From assembly GCA_963662715.1 (NCBI GenBank), contig OY759724.1, positions 3,240,001-3,272,000 on the forward strand: a stretch of 32,000 bases of DNA, in the 5' to 3' direction. Positions 7,789-16,086 of this stretch are shown here, piece by piece (positions within the stretch are counted from its first letter, which is position 1; each line of letters starts with the position of its first letter). This stretch comes from Candidatus Omnitrophota bacterium. Lineage in GTDB: Bacteria > Omnitrophota > Gorgyraeia > Zapsychrales > JANLHA01. Made by a program: the position numbers and the translations under genes. The notes below the pieces were generated by a model. The model had not been told where the DNA came from and did no database searches. It was given only the letters and a program-made list of their open reading frames with translations.

Positions 7789-8061
7789 CTCCAGCAGCAA
7801 ACAAACTTCAAAACACATTTTTTTATTTCATTGAATTACAATGCTTTACATTATGCTGAATATACGCCATAACCAGACAAAACCCCCCAAGCACTGACAA
7901 GACATGACAAGCCACCCCAGGGAGACGTTGACCTAACACAACACTCTGTTGATGGCGTTAGACATTATATCTTTAATATAATAATATCTAGAATTTTAGA
8001 TTAGCCCTGCCAAACAACAGGCACAAAGAAAGAGGATTTGAAATTTCCCGAGGATCGGAAC

Positions 8062-8709
8062 TTACGGCAGATATTTATAAAGATACGGAGTGACCGTGCG
8101 GACAAAACTATCTATGGTTTGGAGGGATTTATCCGGATGATCCGGATCCACAACACTCGAGATACGAATAAGCGAGCCGCTGGAAGACTGCCCAGTCAAT
8201 TTTTTAATCGCGATAAGGGCCTGCCCTTTCAAATAACTATGCGTAAAGGTTGCCCCGACCTTAAACCAGTAACACATATGCTGACGAATGGCGCCCTGTT
8301 CCACCAGATATTTATTACAGAGGATATCCACCTCCGGCCGGCTGACATGAATCGTGTGGTAATCAGTGCTTAAAAAGGTCGCCCCCCCTCCCGTATAACA
8401 AATTTCCGGAGGATGAACGACTTTCCGGTTGGTCTGAGAGTAAACCACAAATAAATACACCGAGTCTCCATCGGCATTTGTATATTTCCGGGTAAAGGCA
8501 TTTCGCGTTTCCAGCAGGGCATATTCCTTATCTGTGATGGTTATCTCCTCTGCGACCCATCCATCGATTTCAGAAGGGAATTCATGAATGTTAGCCGAAT
8601 CAGCCTGCCGGTATTCCTTGAAATAAAGCGTCCAGGAAACTACGGCGGAAATAAGGAATAGTCCAATAATACAAATAAATTTTTTGTCAATTTTTCTAGA
8701 CATAGTCAA
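8062..8709 (-). CDS. epsI: exosortase-associated EpsI-family protein
   Basis: N-terminal TM anchor. FPSEIDGWVAEE... and HPPEICYTGGG motifs are characteristic of the EpsI/DUF3485 family. It lies 17 nt downstream of the exosortase gene. The track start 8709 is TTG; an ATG lies at 8703. Confidence 0.8.
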   Translation of the reverse strand: MTMSRKIDKKFICIIGLFLISAVVSWTLYFKEYRQADSANIHEFPSEIDGWVAEEITITDKEYALLETRNAFTRKYTNADGDSVYLFVVYSQTNRKVVHPPEICYTGGGATFLSTDYHTIHVSRPEVDILCNKYLVEQGAIRQHMCYWFKVGATFTHSYLKGQALIAIKKLTGQSSSGSLIRISSVVDPDHPDKSLQTIDSFVRTVTPYLYKYLP

Positions 8710-8726
8710 AATAAAATATTTACCGC

Positions 8727-9566
8727 CTATTCAATAACTTTGCTGACCCCCATAAGGAGAACAAAGGCTAAGGCAAAAATAAGAAACCCCGAGGCATCAT
8801 GCAGGAAACCGCCGGCGGCTTCAGCGCCCCAAATTTCACTGACGGTTGATAAAAATACGACCCGGCACACATTTGTGATGATGGCAATCGGGATCGTGGT
8901 TAAAAAAAGCCCGGCTTTCTTCCAAAACGGCCCTCTGAGCCAATAGGCAAAAATGCTCCCCAAAGCCGTTAGGGAGATCAAGGAACGCAAGCCGCTGCAG
9001 ACATCATCGACAACCACCTGCGTGTGACGCATGATGATAATACTCCCTTTACGCCTGGCCAGGATACCCATTCCGTTTAGAATCTTTTCCGCGATCGCTG
9101 CGGCAAACAGTTTCATCCGAAAGCTGATATTGACGATGGCCACTTCCGGCAACGGGAACATAAAAATCAAAAAGCTGACGGGAAAAAGGATCTCCTTAAG
9201 GATCTCCCGGCCGTAAAAATGCAGGACAAGCCCGAAAACAACCGTGAACATCGAAAGCCCGCCGGTAAAATTGATGCGGAACAAGGCACTGAAAAGGTAA
9301 AGTAAAACACCGGCACAAATAACCGGCAGGCCCAAGCGCGACTCCTGGACCGGAATATTTTTCAACTGATCCTTTTTCTGCCAGATCAAATAACCGCTCA
9401 CGAAAGGGATCAATATCCCGTGGCTGTAATAGGAATCCGCCACAAACCAGCGGCTCCACATCCAGAGAATCGTCGGGACATAAGCGACCAGAAAAATGAC
9501 ACCTGCTATGATCGGGCAGGAATGTTCTTTGAGGAGGGACTGAATGTTTACGATCTTCTGTTCCAT
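8727..9566 (-). CDS. exosortase (EpsH/Xrt family transpeptidase)
   Basis: Polytopic membrane protein with the N-terminal DSYYSHGILIPFVSGYLIW motif. Carries the conserved catalytic-type Cys in VDDVCSGLRSL, then NVCRV (Arg) and a late His (GFLHDASG). Subtype (XrtA-like with separate EpsI) cannot be assigned without HMMs. Confidence 0.9.
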   Translation of the reverse strand: MEQKIVNIQSLLKEHSCPIIAGVIFLVAYVPTILWMWSRWFVADSYYSHGILIPFVSGYLIWQKKDQLKNIPVQESRLGLPVICAGVLLYLFSALFRINFTGGLSMFTVVFGLVLHFYGREILKEILFPVSFLIFMFPLPEVAIVNISFRMKLFAAAIAEKILNGMGILARRKGSIIIMRHTQVVVDDVCSGLRSLISLTALGSIFAYWLRGPFWKKAGLFLTTIPIAIITNVCRVVFLSTVSEIWGAEAAGGFLHDASGFLIFALAFVLLMGVSKVIE

Positions 9567-9697
9567 AAAATAAAAACGGTCATCCTTTGAATTTTATGCG
9601 GCCATGTTTATGGCGCTTGCGCCAAGCTTAAACTTTCCGGGATAATCTATTGTTGTGATCTATCAATAATACAATATCTTCCCCCAACATTGCAACA

Positions 9698-11308
9698 TCA
9701 CTTTTGTTTACTTTTTCTTTCAAGATACCAGTGAATCATCCGCTTCAACCCTTCTTCTATGCTGACAGTCTGTTCAAAACCCATCTGACGAATCTTGTCC
9801 GACCCATGCCAGGTCATCATATTGATCTTTTTGATCCGGTTCGCTGTAATCGGGAAATTTATTCCGGTTATTCTAGCCAGGACATCGACCAGACTCGTAA
9901 CACATAAAATAGGCTTTAACGGCAGGTGCCAGGTGTAGGGCTTGCGGCCCAGGCCATCCGTGATATAACGGACCAGCTGTGCCGACGCATGATGCGGATA
10001 ATCCGAATAATTATATGCCGCGAGGCCCGGGCTTATTTTTTCCAGGAGAAACATCGTGGCCGCCACCAGATTCTCCACATAGGTGACGGACTTGATATTA
10101 TCTCCCTTCCCGACAAGAAAAAACCTTCTTTTGTAAATGGTGTCAATCAAGCGGAACATATTCGCATAATTATGCGGACCGTAAACAACAGTCGGACGGA
10201 CAATGAGCACCGCCCGCTGGGGGTCATCCTTAGCCCAGGCCTCGATCAACTCTTCAGCGGCCAGTTTTGATTCGCCGTAATCATTGGACGGATTCCGGGG
10301 GCATTCCTCGTGGGAACACTGGTCACTGTCCCCGTAAACCGCGACAGAACTGAAAAAAATGAATTTCCGTATCCCCAGCTCAGACAGGACATCAAGAATT
10401 CGCTGGGTTCCGGTTTCATTGATCTGAAAGAACTCTTCACGGGAGACTCCGAAATCATGGTGTTTGGCCGCCAGGTTAATGACCATATCCACGCCATGGG
10501 CCGCGGTACGCAAAGCCTGGCTGTCCATCAGATCGCCTTTGACACATTCATATCCCTCCCGGGGTTCGTCCGCCCGGCCGATATCAAGCCCCGTCACCTG
10601 ATGTCCGGAATTGAGCAACGCCCGGGTCAAATATCCCCCGATAAAACCCTCACTGCCTATAACAAGTATTTTCATGAAACCCAGCCCCTTTCTTACAAAG
10701 GATAAAATTTCGTCCGTGGCCAAAGCCAATCCCTTCTCCCCGTCCACAACAAGGTCGGAATTCTTCACCGTAGGAGACACATACCTTTTATGCATGGGCC
10801 TGACCGTTGCCAAATATTGTTCAATGATGCTTTCAACGTCCCGCCCCCGCTCCCGGACGTCCCGCAATATTCTCCGGGCAATCCGCAAATCGTCCGGAGT
10901 GTCAATAAACACCCTGTAATCGTAATACGGGCAAAGATCATCCAGCAGCGCGAACAGCCCTTCGATGATGACAACAGGTTTGGGATCGAAACGCTCAAAA
11001 GCCGGCTTGCGGGCATGCGTCCCGTAATCATAAACCGGTTTCTCTATGGGCTGCCCCTGCTGCAGGGCCGCAAGATGCTCTTTGAACAAAGCCAGGTCCA
11101 AAGCATCCGGATGATCAAAGTTGACCTTCATTCTCTCTTCGGCAGACAAACCGGAGAGATCCTTATAATAGGAATCCAGCTCAAGAACAGCGGCCTTGTC
11201 CTCACCTATTTCCCGGGCCATGTCCCTGGCGAATGTCGTTTTGCCCGAAGCAGAGCCTCCGGCTATCGCCAATAAAATAGGCTTCGGGGTATGTGTATTA
11301 TGATTCAT
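9698..11308 (-). CDS. fusion protein: uridine kinase/PRK-family P-loop kinase (N-terminal, nt 10676-11308) + NAD-dependent extended-SDR sugar epimerase/dehydratase (C-terminal, nt 9698-10675)
   Basis: N-terminal IAGGSASGKTTFA P-loop plus the DSYY, NFDHPDA, VIIEG and FIDTPDDLRIARRILRD pattern of Udk. The C-terminal half begins MKILVIGSEGFIGGYL (GxxGxxG) and contains SSVAVYG and the YGESK catalytic Tyr/Lys. There is no stop between the halves. Confidence 0.8.
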   Translation of the reverse strand: MNHNTHTPKPILLAIAGGSASGKTTFARDMAREIGEDKAAVLELDSYYKDLSGLSAEERMKVNFDHPDALDLALFKEHLAALQQGQPIEKPVYDYGTHARKPAFERFDPKPVVIIEGLFALLDDLCPYYDYRVFIDTPDDLRIARRILRDVRERGRDVESIIEQYLATVRPMHKRYVSPTVKNSDLVVDGEKGLALATDEILSFVRKGLGFMKILVIGSEGFIGGYLTRALLNSGHQVTGLDIGRADEPREGYECVKGDLMDSQALRTAAHGVDMVINLAAKHHDFGVSREEFFQINETGTQRILDVLSELGIRKFIFFSSVAVYGDSDQCSHEECPRNPSNDYGESKLAAEELIEAWAKDDPQRAVLIVRPTVVYGPHNYANMFRLIDTIYKRRFFLVGKGDNIKSVTYVENLVAATMFLLEKISPGLAAYNYSDYPHHASAQLVRYITDGLGRKPYTWHLPLKPILCVTSLVDVLARITGINFPITANRIKKINMMTWHGSDKIRQMGFEQTVSIEEGLKRMIHWYLERKSKQK

Positions 11309-11380
11309 ATGACATATCCTTGATTTTTTATTCCGGTTATCCTAACACATCTTCCGGGACGGTGTCCGCAATGTCTGGTT

Positions 11381-12481
11381 TCATTTTCTTGTGTGATCCC
11401 ATTTGGAGAAATCCTTTTTCATCAGAAATTTCAGCAAAGATAAAACCGGAGAAAAGACGGAATATAACAAAAGATATAATCTTTGCGGTTTCAAGACAAC
11501 AGCACACGCGAGCAATAGCGCTGCAAAAACAAAAAATATCTTGGGCTGCAGGATAACGGCGGCTGTTCCAAAAAGCCCTATCCACAAAGGAGCCAGCCAG
11601 CGGTTAATCTTGTGAGAAAAGACAACAAAAAAAAGCCCGGGATTCTTAACGATCTTACTAAACAACCGTTTAATGATATCAACGCCGCCGGTGATCACCC
11701 GTGTCCGCCGCTGAACTTCTGTTCTTTCATCGGTCCATTCCGAAAGGGCCTTTAAACGGCTTATATGCGCGGATTTCCGGTTCTGCAAGAGGATCGTCAG
11801 CGGGATCCACAAATCATCGGCCATGGCCTGTGCCGGGATGTCCTGATAATATTTCCTCCGGAACGCGTAAAGCCATCCCGTAGACACAATCAGTTTGCCG
11901 ATGCGGGATTCCGCCTCCCGCAGGGCCAGTTCATATCTCCAGTACAGCATCTGGATTTTCATGTCCCGGGCCTGATATTGCGGCACGCAGGACAGACAGC
12001 CCAGGCGGCTGTCAGCATCAAAGGCATGGATCATGGTTTCAAAAGCATCCGCATCCATCTGAGTATCCGCATCCGTTGAAATGACCAGATCCCCGTCCGA
12101 AGCATGGACGAGTTTATTAATGGTCTGCCCTTTGCCCTGGTTCTTAAAACGGAAGAGCTTCCAGGGGGCCGGGTGATGTTCCTGAATAAACGCCTCAATG
12201 ATACGGTCAGTCCCGTCGGTGCTTCCGTCCGATCCGATCAGGACCTGATAATCCCGGGACACCTGGTTCAGACAAGCCCTTATATTCTCCAATTTCTTGC
12301 GGATACACTGTTCTTCGTTATAGACCGGCATAATAACACTGATCTTTTCAACCTGTGCTTTTTCCTCCGCAGGATCACGCCGGTTTAAAACAGCAAAAAC
12401 CTTTAAATAAAAAAACACAAAAACATTATGCAGCAACATAAGAGAAGAAATAACGAGCAGCCCTTTTAATAACGTGTCCAT
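11381..12481 (-). CDS. family 2 glycosyltransferase with N- and C-terminal TM segments
   Basis: ISVIMPVYNEE..., GSDGSTDGT and TDADT (DxD) motifs. Hydrophobic N-terminus and a C-terminal helical region. Confidence 0.85.
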   Translation of the reverse strand: MDTLLKGLLVISSLMLLHNVFVFFYLKVFAVLNRRDPAEEKAQVEKISVIMPVYNEEQCIRKKLENIRACLNQVSRDYQVLIGSDGSTDGTDRIIEAFIQEHHPAPWKLFRFKNQGKGQTINKLVHASDGDLVISTDADTQMDADAFETMIHAFDADSRLGCLSCVPQYQARDMKIQMLYWRYELALREAESRIGKLIVSTGWLYAFRRKYYQDIPAQAMADDLWIPLTILLQNRKSAHISRLKALSEWTDERTEVQRRTRVITGGVDIIKRLFSKIVKNPGLFFVVFSHKINRWLAPLWIGLFGTAAVILQPKIFFVFAALLLACAVVLKPQRLYLLLYSVFSPVLSLLKFLMKKDFSKWDHTRK

Positions 12482-12487
12482 AACCCC

Positions 12488-13192
12488 TTATCCCCCGGCG
12501 GCAGCGCCCGAATCTTTCTGCCGGCTTTCGACAATCCCTTTCACATATTCCATTTGAGCGATCTTTTGATCAATGCCTTCCACGTAATTCGCATGATGCA
12601 TGATGATGCCCTCGGGCACGGGCAGATCCATGCCCGGTTTCCAGTGTTGGCCCGTGATGGTCCCTCCCCCGTAGAACGTGTCGGGCAGGTATGCGTACCG
12701 GCACCATCCCGTAAGATTCCTTAATGCATAAACGATCTTCTTTTTGCGTCCCGTCCGGAGAAACTGATTCATCAGTTTCTGGTCATCCTGAATCGCATGA
12801 AGAGAGTTGAAAACATTCTCCCACAATTTTAAGACACGTTTATTGGCCCTGGCCATCCAGAAACCCGCGCACAAGTAACCGTAAGGGTCGTCCCTCTGGC
12901 ATATGATGTCAAATTCCCCCATTTGCTCCAGCAGCACCTTTTGGGTCGGCTGAAAGAACTGGATATCCACATCAGAATAAACAAAAACATCTCCCCGGTT
13001 CTGCTCGATGGCCCGGAGAATTGTCTTCACCTTAAAAATAATCGCCTGACACCAGCTGGCTTCCATGTAGGCCCCGCCCTGTTCTTGTTCACAAAAAGCA
13101 AGATCAACGTCATAGTCATCTTTCAGCGACGGCAGGAACCAATTGTCCTTGAAAACCCGATGAGATTCGGTATACATGCCGACAAGCTTCAT
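12488..13192 (-). CDS. putative nucleotide-diphospho-sugar transferase (small GT-A-like protein, DxD motif SDVDIQF), paralog 1
   Basis: 234 aa. YSDVDIQFF and CQRDDPYGYLCAGFW resemble the Nucleotid_trans-type family. GAGGAAG SD. The ATG overlaps the upstream frame's stop (ATGA). About 60% identical to the upstream paralog. Confidence 0.55.
   Translation of the reverse strand: MKLVGMYTESHRVFKDNWFLPSLKDDYDVDLAFCEQEQGGAYMEASWCQAIIFKVKTILRAIEQNRGDVFVYSDVDIQFFQPTQKVLLEQMGEFDIICQRDDPYGYLCAGFWMARANKRVLKLWENVFNSLHAIQDDQKLMNQFLRTGRKKKIVYALRNLTGWCRYAYLPDTFYGGGTITGQHWKPGMDLPVPEGIIMHHANYVEGIDQKIAQMEYVKGIVESRQKDSGAAAGG
12555..12704. repeat. copy 1 of an identical tract shared by the two tandem paralogs
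   Basis: nt 12555-12692 are 138/138 identical to 13268-13405. After one extra g at 12693, nt 12694-12704 equal 13406-13416. Flanking sequence is strongly diverged. Confidence 0.9.
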
Positions 13193-13901
13193 TCTTCCTC
13201 CTTTAAAAAATCAGGGCCGGTCAGGGATGGTTTTATCTGGCGTTGACGACGGCCCGCACATATTAACTGAGCGATCTTTTGATCAATGCCTTCCACGTAA
13301 TTCGCATGATGCATGATGATGCCCTCGGGCACGGGCAGATCCATGCCCGGTTTCCAGTGTTGGCCCGTGATGGTCCCTCCCCCGTAGAACGTGTCGGGCA
13401 GGTATCGTACCGGCACGGCCTTATAAAATCGCTTAAGAAATACATCATTTTTTCTCTTCTCTTCATGCGAAGATACCGGTTGAAAGCCAACTGTTCCCTT
13501 TTCTCCTCTTTTTCCTGTTCATAAACCTTCTCCCATAATTTCAGAACAGGCTTATTGGCTTTAGCGACCCAAAAACCGGCACACAAAAAACCGTTGGGAT
13601 CATCCCGCTGACACACGATATCGTAATCGGCGATGCTTGCCAAAAGCGCTTTCCGGGTCGGCTGAAAGAATTGAATATCCACGTCAGAAAACACAAAAAC
13701 ATCCCCCCAGTTTTCCTTAACCACGTTGATAACCGTTTCCGTTTTAAATGATATGGATTTGCTCCAGGACGCCTCAAAGAATGCACCCCCGCCTTCCTCG
13801 CAGAAACGGATATCCAGGTCATAATCGTCCTGCAGGGAAGGCAGGAAGAATTCATCTTTAAAAATCCTGTGCGTCTCGGTGTAGACAGCCATCAATTTCA
13901 T
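13189..13901 (-). pseudogene. paralog 2 of the GT-A-like transferase, interrupted by a 1-nt deletion (frameshift near 13405/13406)
   Basis: From ATG 13901 it reads MKLMAVYTETHRIFKDEFFLPSLQDDYDLD...IRPCRY. The homologous continuation YLPDTFYGGGTITGQHWKPG...IDQKIAQ is in the other frame (ORF 13189-13416). That frame ends in a TGA overlapping the ATG of paralog 1. The in-frame product (to 13263) has a nonsense tail. This could also be a sequencing error. Confidence 0.6.
13268..13416. repeat. copy 2 of the identical tract (lacks one nucleotide relative to copy 1)
   Basis: See copy 1. The single-base difference (g at 12693 absent after 13405) is what shifts the frame of paralog 2. Confidence 0.9.
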
Positions 13902-13911
13902 GCTTAGGCCT

Positions 13912-15105
13912 TTATACCAGGGCCTGGATGACCGCCGTAATCTTATCGCCGATAACCTCCCAACGGTATTTTTTATCAACCAGTCCCCGTCCCCGCTCTG
14001 CCAATTGTCTGCGTTTATCCTCGTCACGAAGCAGGTCAACGATATGTCCGGCAAAGGACTGCGGATCATCGGCTATCAGAATATCTTCATGGCCCGTCAC
14101 CTCCAACCCCTCACATCCGATGGACGTTGAAACAATGGCCTTTTTTAAAGCCATCGCCTCTAAAATCTTTAAACGCGTGCCGCTGCCGATGCGCAACGGG
14201 ACGGCACACACCTGGCTCTGCATGATATACGGGGTCACAGTTTCCACAAAACCCGTGACATGAATAGAAGCATCTCCCGCGCACAGTTGACGCAGTTTCT
14301 CGGAAGGGCCTTTCCCGACGATCCAGAACGCGGCCTCCGGGACCCGTTCCTTGACCAGAGGGTAGATATCTTTCACAAAATACATCACGGCATCTTCATT
14401 GGGATGCCAGCTCATAAGCCCGGTGTAAACAATGCTGCAAGGGATTTCCCGGACATCTTCCAGAAGGTCAGGGACGTCCACCCCGTTAGGGATAACTTCC
14501 ACTTTGGCCGTTTTGACTTTAGCAAGGATCGCCTCCTTATCCGTATCTGAACAGGCAAAAATACAATCCATTTTTCCCCAGATCTCCCTCTCCAGCCGGG
14601 CCATGCGCCAGTATTCATAATACGCGTACGCCTTCTTTAACAGGTTTTTCTCCAGCAGAGCGTACCGCCTGATGATAGTCGATTCGACATTCTGTTCATT
14701 CAGGACCGTACGGCACGGTCCGGCAGGGATATAAACGGCCTGATAAACCGTATCACACATGATACAGTCGATACTTTGCTCTTTTAGCCATCCCGCAATG
14801 CCTTCCTTCATAAGAGGGCTGAAACGGCTGGTGACCCCCAGCGGCCGTGAAGACAACAAGCCCTTCAGCACACTCCAATAGAGGGCAACGCCTTTGTTCT
14901 TCATAAATTCCCGGGGAGGCGGAATGACAACATACTCCTGACATACCGCTTTTAAGGAATCGTGTTCAGCCGTATTCTTGTCTCCGTAACAGATAAGATA
15001 AATGTTATGTCTGGCGGCCAGTCTCTTAATGATATTCCCGGTCCGCATCTTGGCTCCCGTGTCAGACGGGAACGGGACCTCACGCCCGATGTACAAAATA
15101 TTCAT
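13912..15105 (-). CDS. family 4 (GT-B) glycosyltransferase, resembling the PEP-CTERM/EpsH1-system-associated sugar transferase type
   Basis: N-terminal MNILYIGREVPFPSDTGAKMRTGNIIKRLA... C-terminal GT1/GT4 signature VPLRIGSGTRLKILEAMALKKAIVSTSIGCEGL. Paralogous to 18515-19717 and 26705-27886. Confidence 0.85.
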   Translation of the reverse strand: MNILYIGREVPFPSDTGAKMRTGNIIKRLAARHNIYLICYGDKNTAEHDSLKAVCQEYVVIPPPREFMKNKGVALYWSVLKGLLSSRPLGVTSRFSPLMKEGIAGWLKEQSIDCIMCDTVYQAVYIPAGPCRTVLNEQNVESTIIRRYALLEKNLLKKAYAYYEYWRMARLEREIWGKMDCIFACSDTDKEAILAKVKTAKVEVIPNGVDVPDLLEDVREIPCSIVYTGLMSWHPNEDAVMYFVKDIYPLVKERVPEAAFWIVGKGPSEKLRQLCAGDASIHVTGFVETVTPYIMQSQVCAVPLRIGSGTRLKILEAMALKKAIVSTSIGCEGLEVTGHEDILIADDPQSFAGHIVDLLRDEDKRRQLAERGRGLVDKKYRWEVIGDKITAVIQALV

Positions 15106-15116
15106 AAAGACCTCTT

Positions 15117-16076
15117 CTACGGCTGTTGACGCTTGACATCATACCGGTTTCTGAAAGATTTCATTTTTATTTTCAGTTTCCAAATACATCTGAGGAACAG
15201 ATTAAAAATATGATTCGTATAAGTGTCATAATAGACAATCTGGGAAGGATTGATAAAGATAAGTCCCTTCCCCTGCCGGGCCATGTCCCGGTGCAAAGAG
15301 ACATGATCACATTCGGCTTCAACCCTGGCATCGGCATTCAGAAGACAATGGTACCGGAGCCCTTCAACGGACGGCTTCCGGTAAACAGCCAGGCCGTTAA
15401 ACGCCGAGGCCACCCGCATCATGGGCATCCCCTTTTTCAAAGGCTTTAAGAGATATTGATAGGCAAAAATCATCTCTTCGGTCTGCGGACGGGTATCAGA
15501 AACCTCTCTTAATGCGTAAGTATCGAAATAAACATAGCCGGAAAAGAAAGCCCTTCCCGGGGGGACATTCCGGCCGTTAGACGTGACCGCATCCCACGCT
15601 ATGGGCTGGCCGAACGTGTCGGCTATTCCGTCAAGCGAAATGTGAAACAGGTCCATGTCCACGATAATAAGGTAGTCGACCGTAAAATTCTTTTCAACAA
15701 ATTCCAAATATTTATTACGGTATTTCACCATCAGTTCCATGCGGTGTTTGGAAAACCACGGCCTGGCTTCATTATGGCTTTCAGCCGGGATCGTCTCCTG
15801 CCCGGAGTCTTCCGTAAGGATATAAACATCCTTTTTCCGGCCGGCCCATCTCTTTAAAACGTCTTTCGTGCCGTCTTTACTGTCATTTTCAACAACGACC
15901 ACATAAGACTGCGAAAAGCACGTCCTTAACTTTTCCAAGACAGCCATGTTTTTTTTCAGCCGTTTCTGGCAATCGCGCGCCAGGCCGCAAATGGCGACCT
16001 TTTTCTGCTTCATGTGTTCATAACCGCGCCTGACATTCTTCCGGTAATTTTGGGAACGGGAGACATACGGCAGCAT
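15117..16076 (-). CDS. GT-A-fold glycosyltransferase-like protein, family uncertain
   Basis: VVVENDSKDGT (nucleotide-sugar binding type) and IIVDMD (DxD). AAGGGGA SD lies 6 nt upstream of ATG 16076. Confidence 0.45.
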   Translation of the reverse strand: MLPYVSRSQNYRKNVRRGYEHMKQKKVAICGLARDCQKRLKKNMAVLEKLRTCFSQSYVVVVENDSKDGTKDVLKRWAGRKKDVYILTEDSGQETIPAESHNEARPWFSKHRMELMVKYRNKYLEFVEKNFTVDYLIIVDMDLFHISLDGIADTFGQPIAWDAVTSNGRNVPPGRAFFSGYVYFDTYALREVSDTRPQTEEMIFAYQYLLKPLKKGMPMMRVASAFNGLAVYRKPSVEGLRYHCLLNADARVEAECDHVSLHRDMARQGKGLIFINPSQIVYYDTYTNHIFNLFLRCIWKLKIKMKSFRNRYDVKRQQP

Positions 16077-16086
16077 AACAATCCCC

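Noticed and set aside
12488-12560. C-terminal Gly-Gly (…SGAAAGG) on GT-A paralog 1, considered as a possible ThiF/E1 substrate
   Set aside because: The protein is a 234-aa glycosyltransferase-like enzyme with no ubiquitin-like fold indications. It lies 8 kb away from the ThiF gene on the opposite strand. Most likely coincidence.
13902-14069. N-terminal 56-aa extension of track ORF 13263-14069
   Set aside because: It overlaps the 3' end of the GT4 gene (stop at 13912). Homology to paralog 1 begins exactly at Met57 (ATG 13901).
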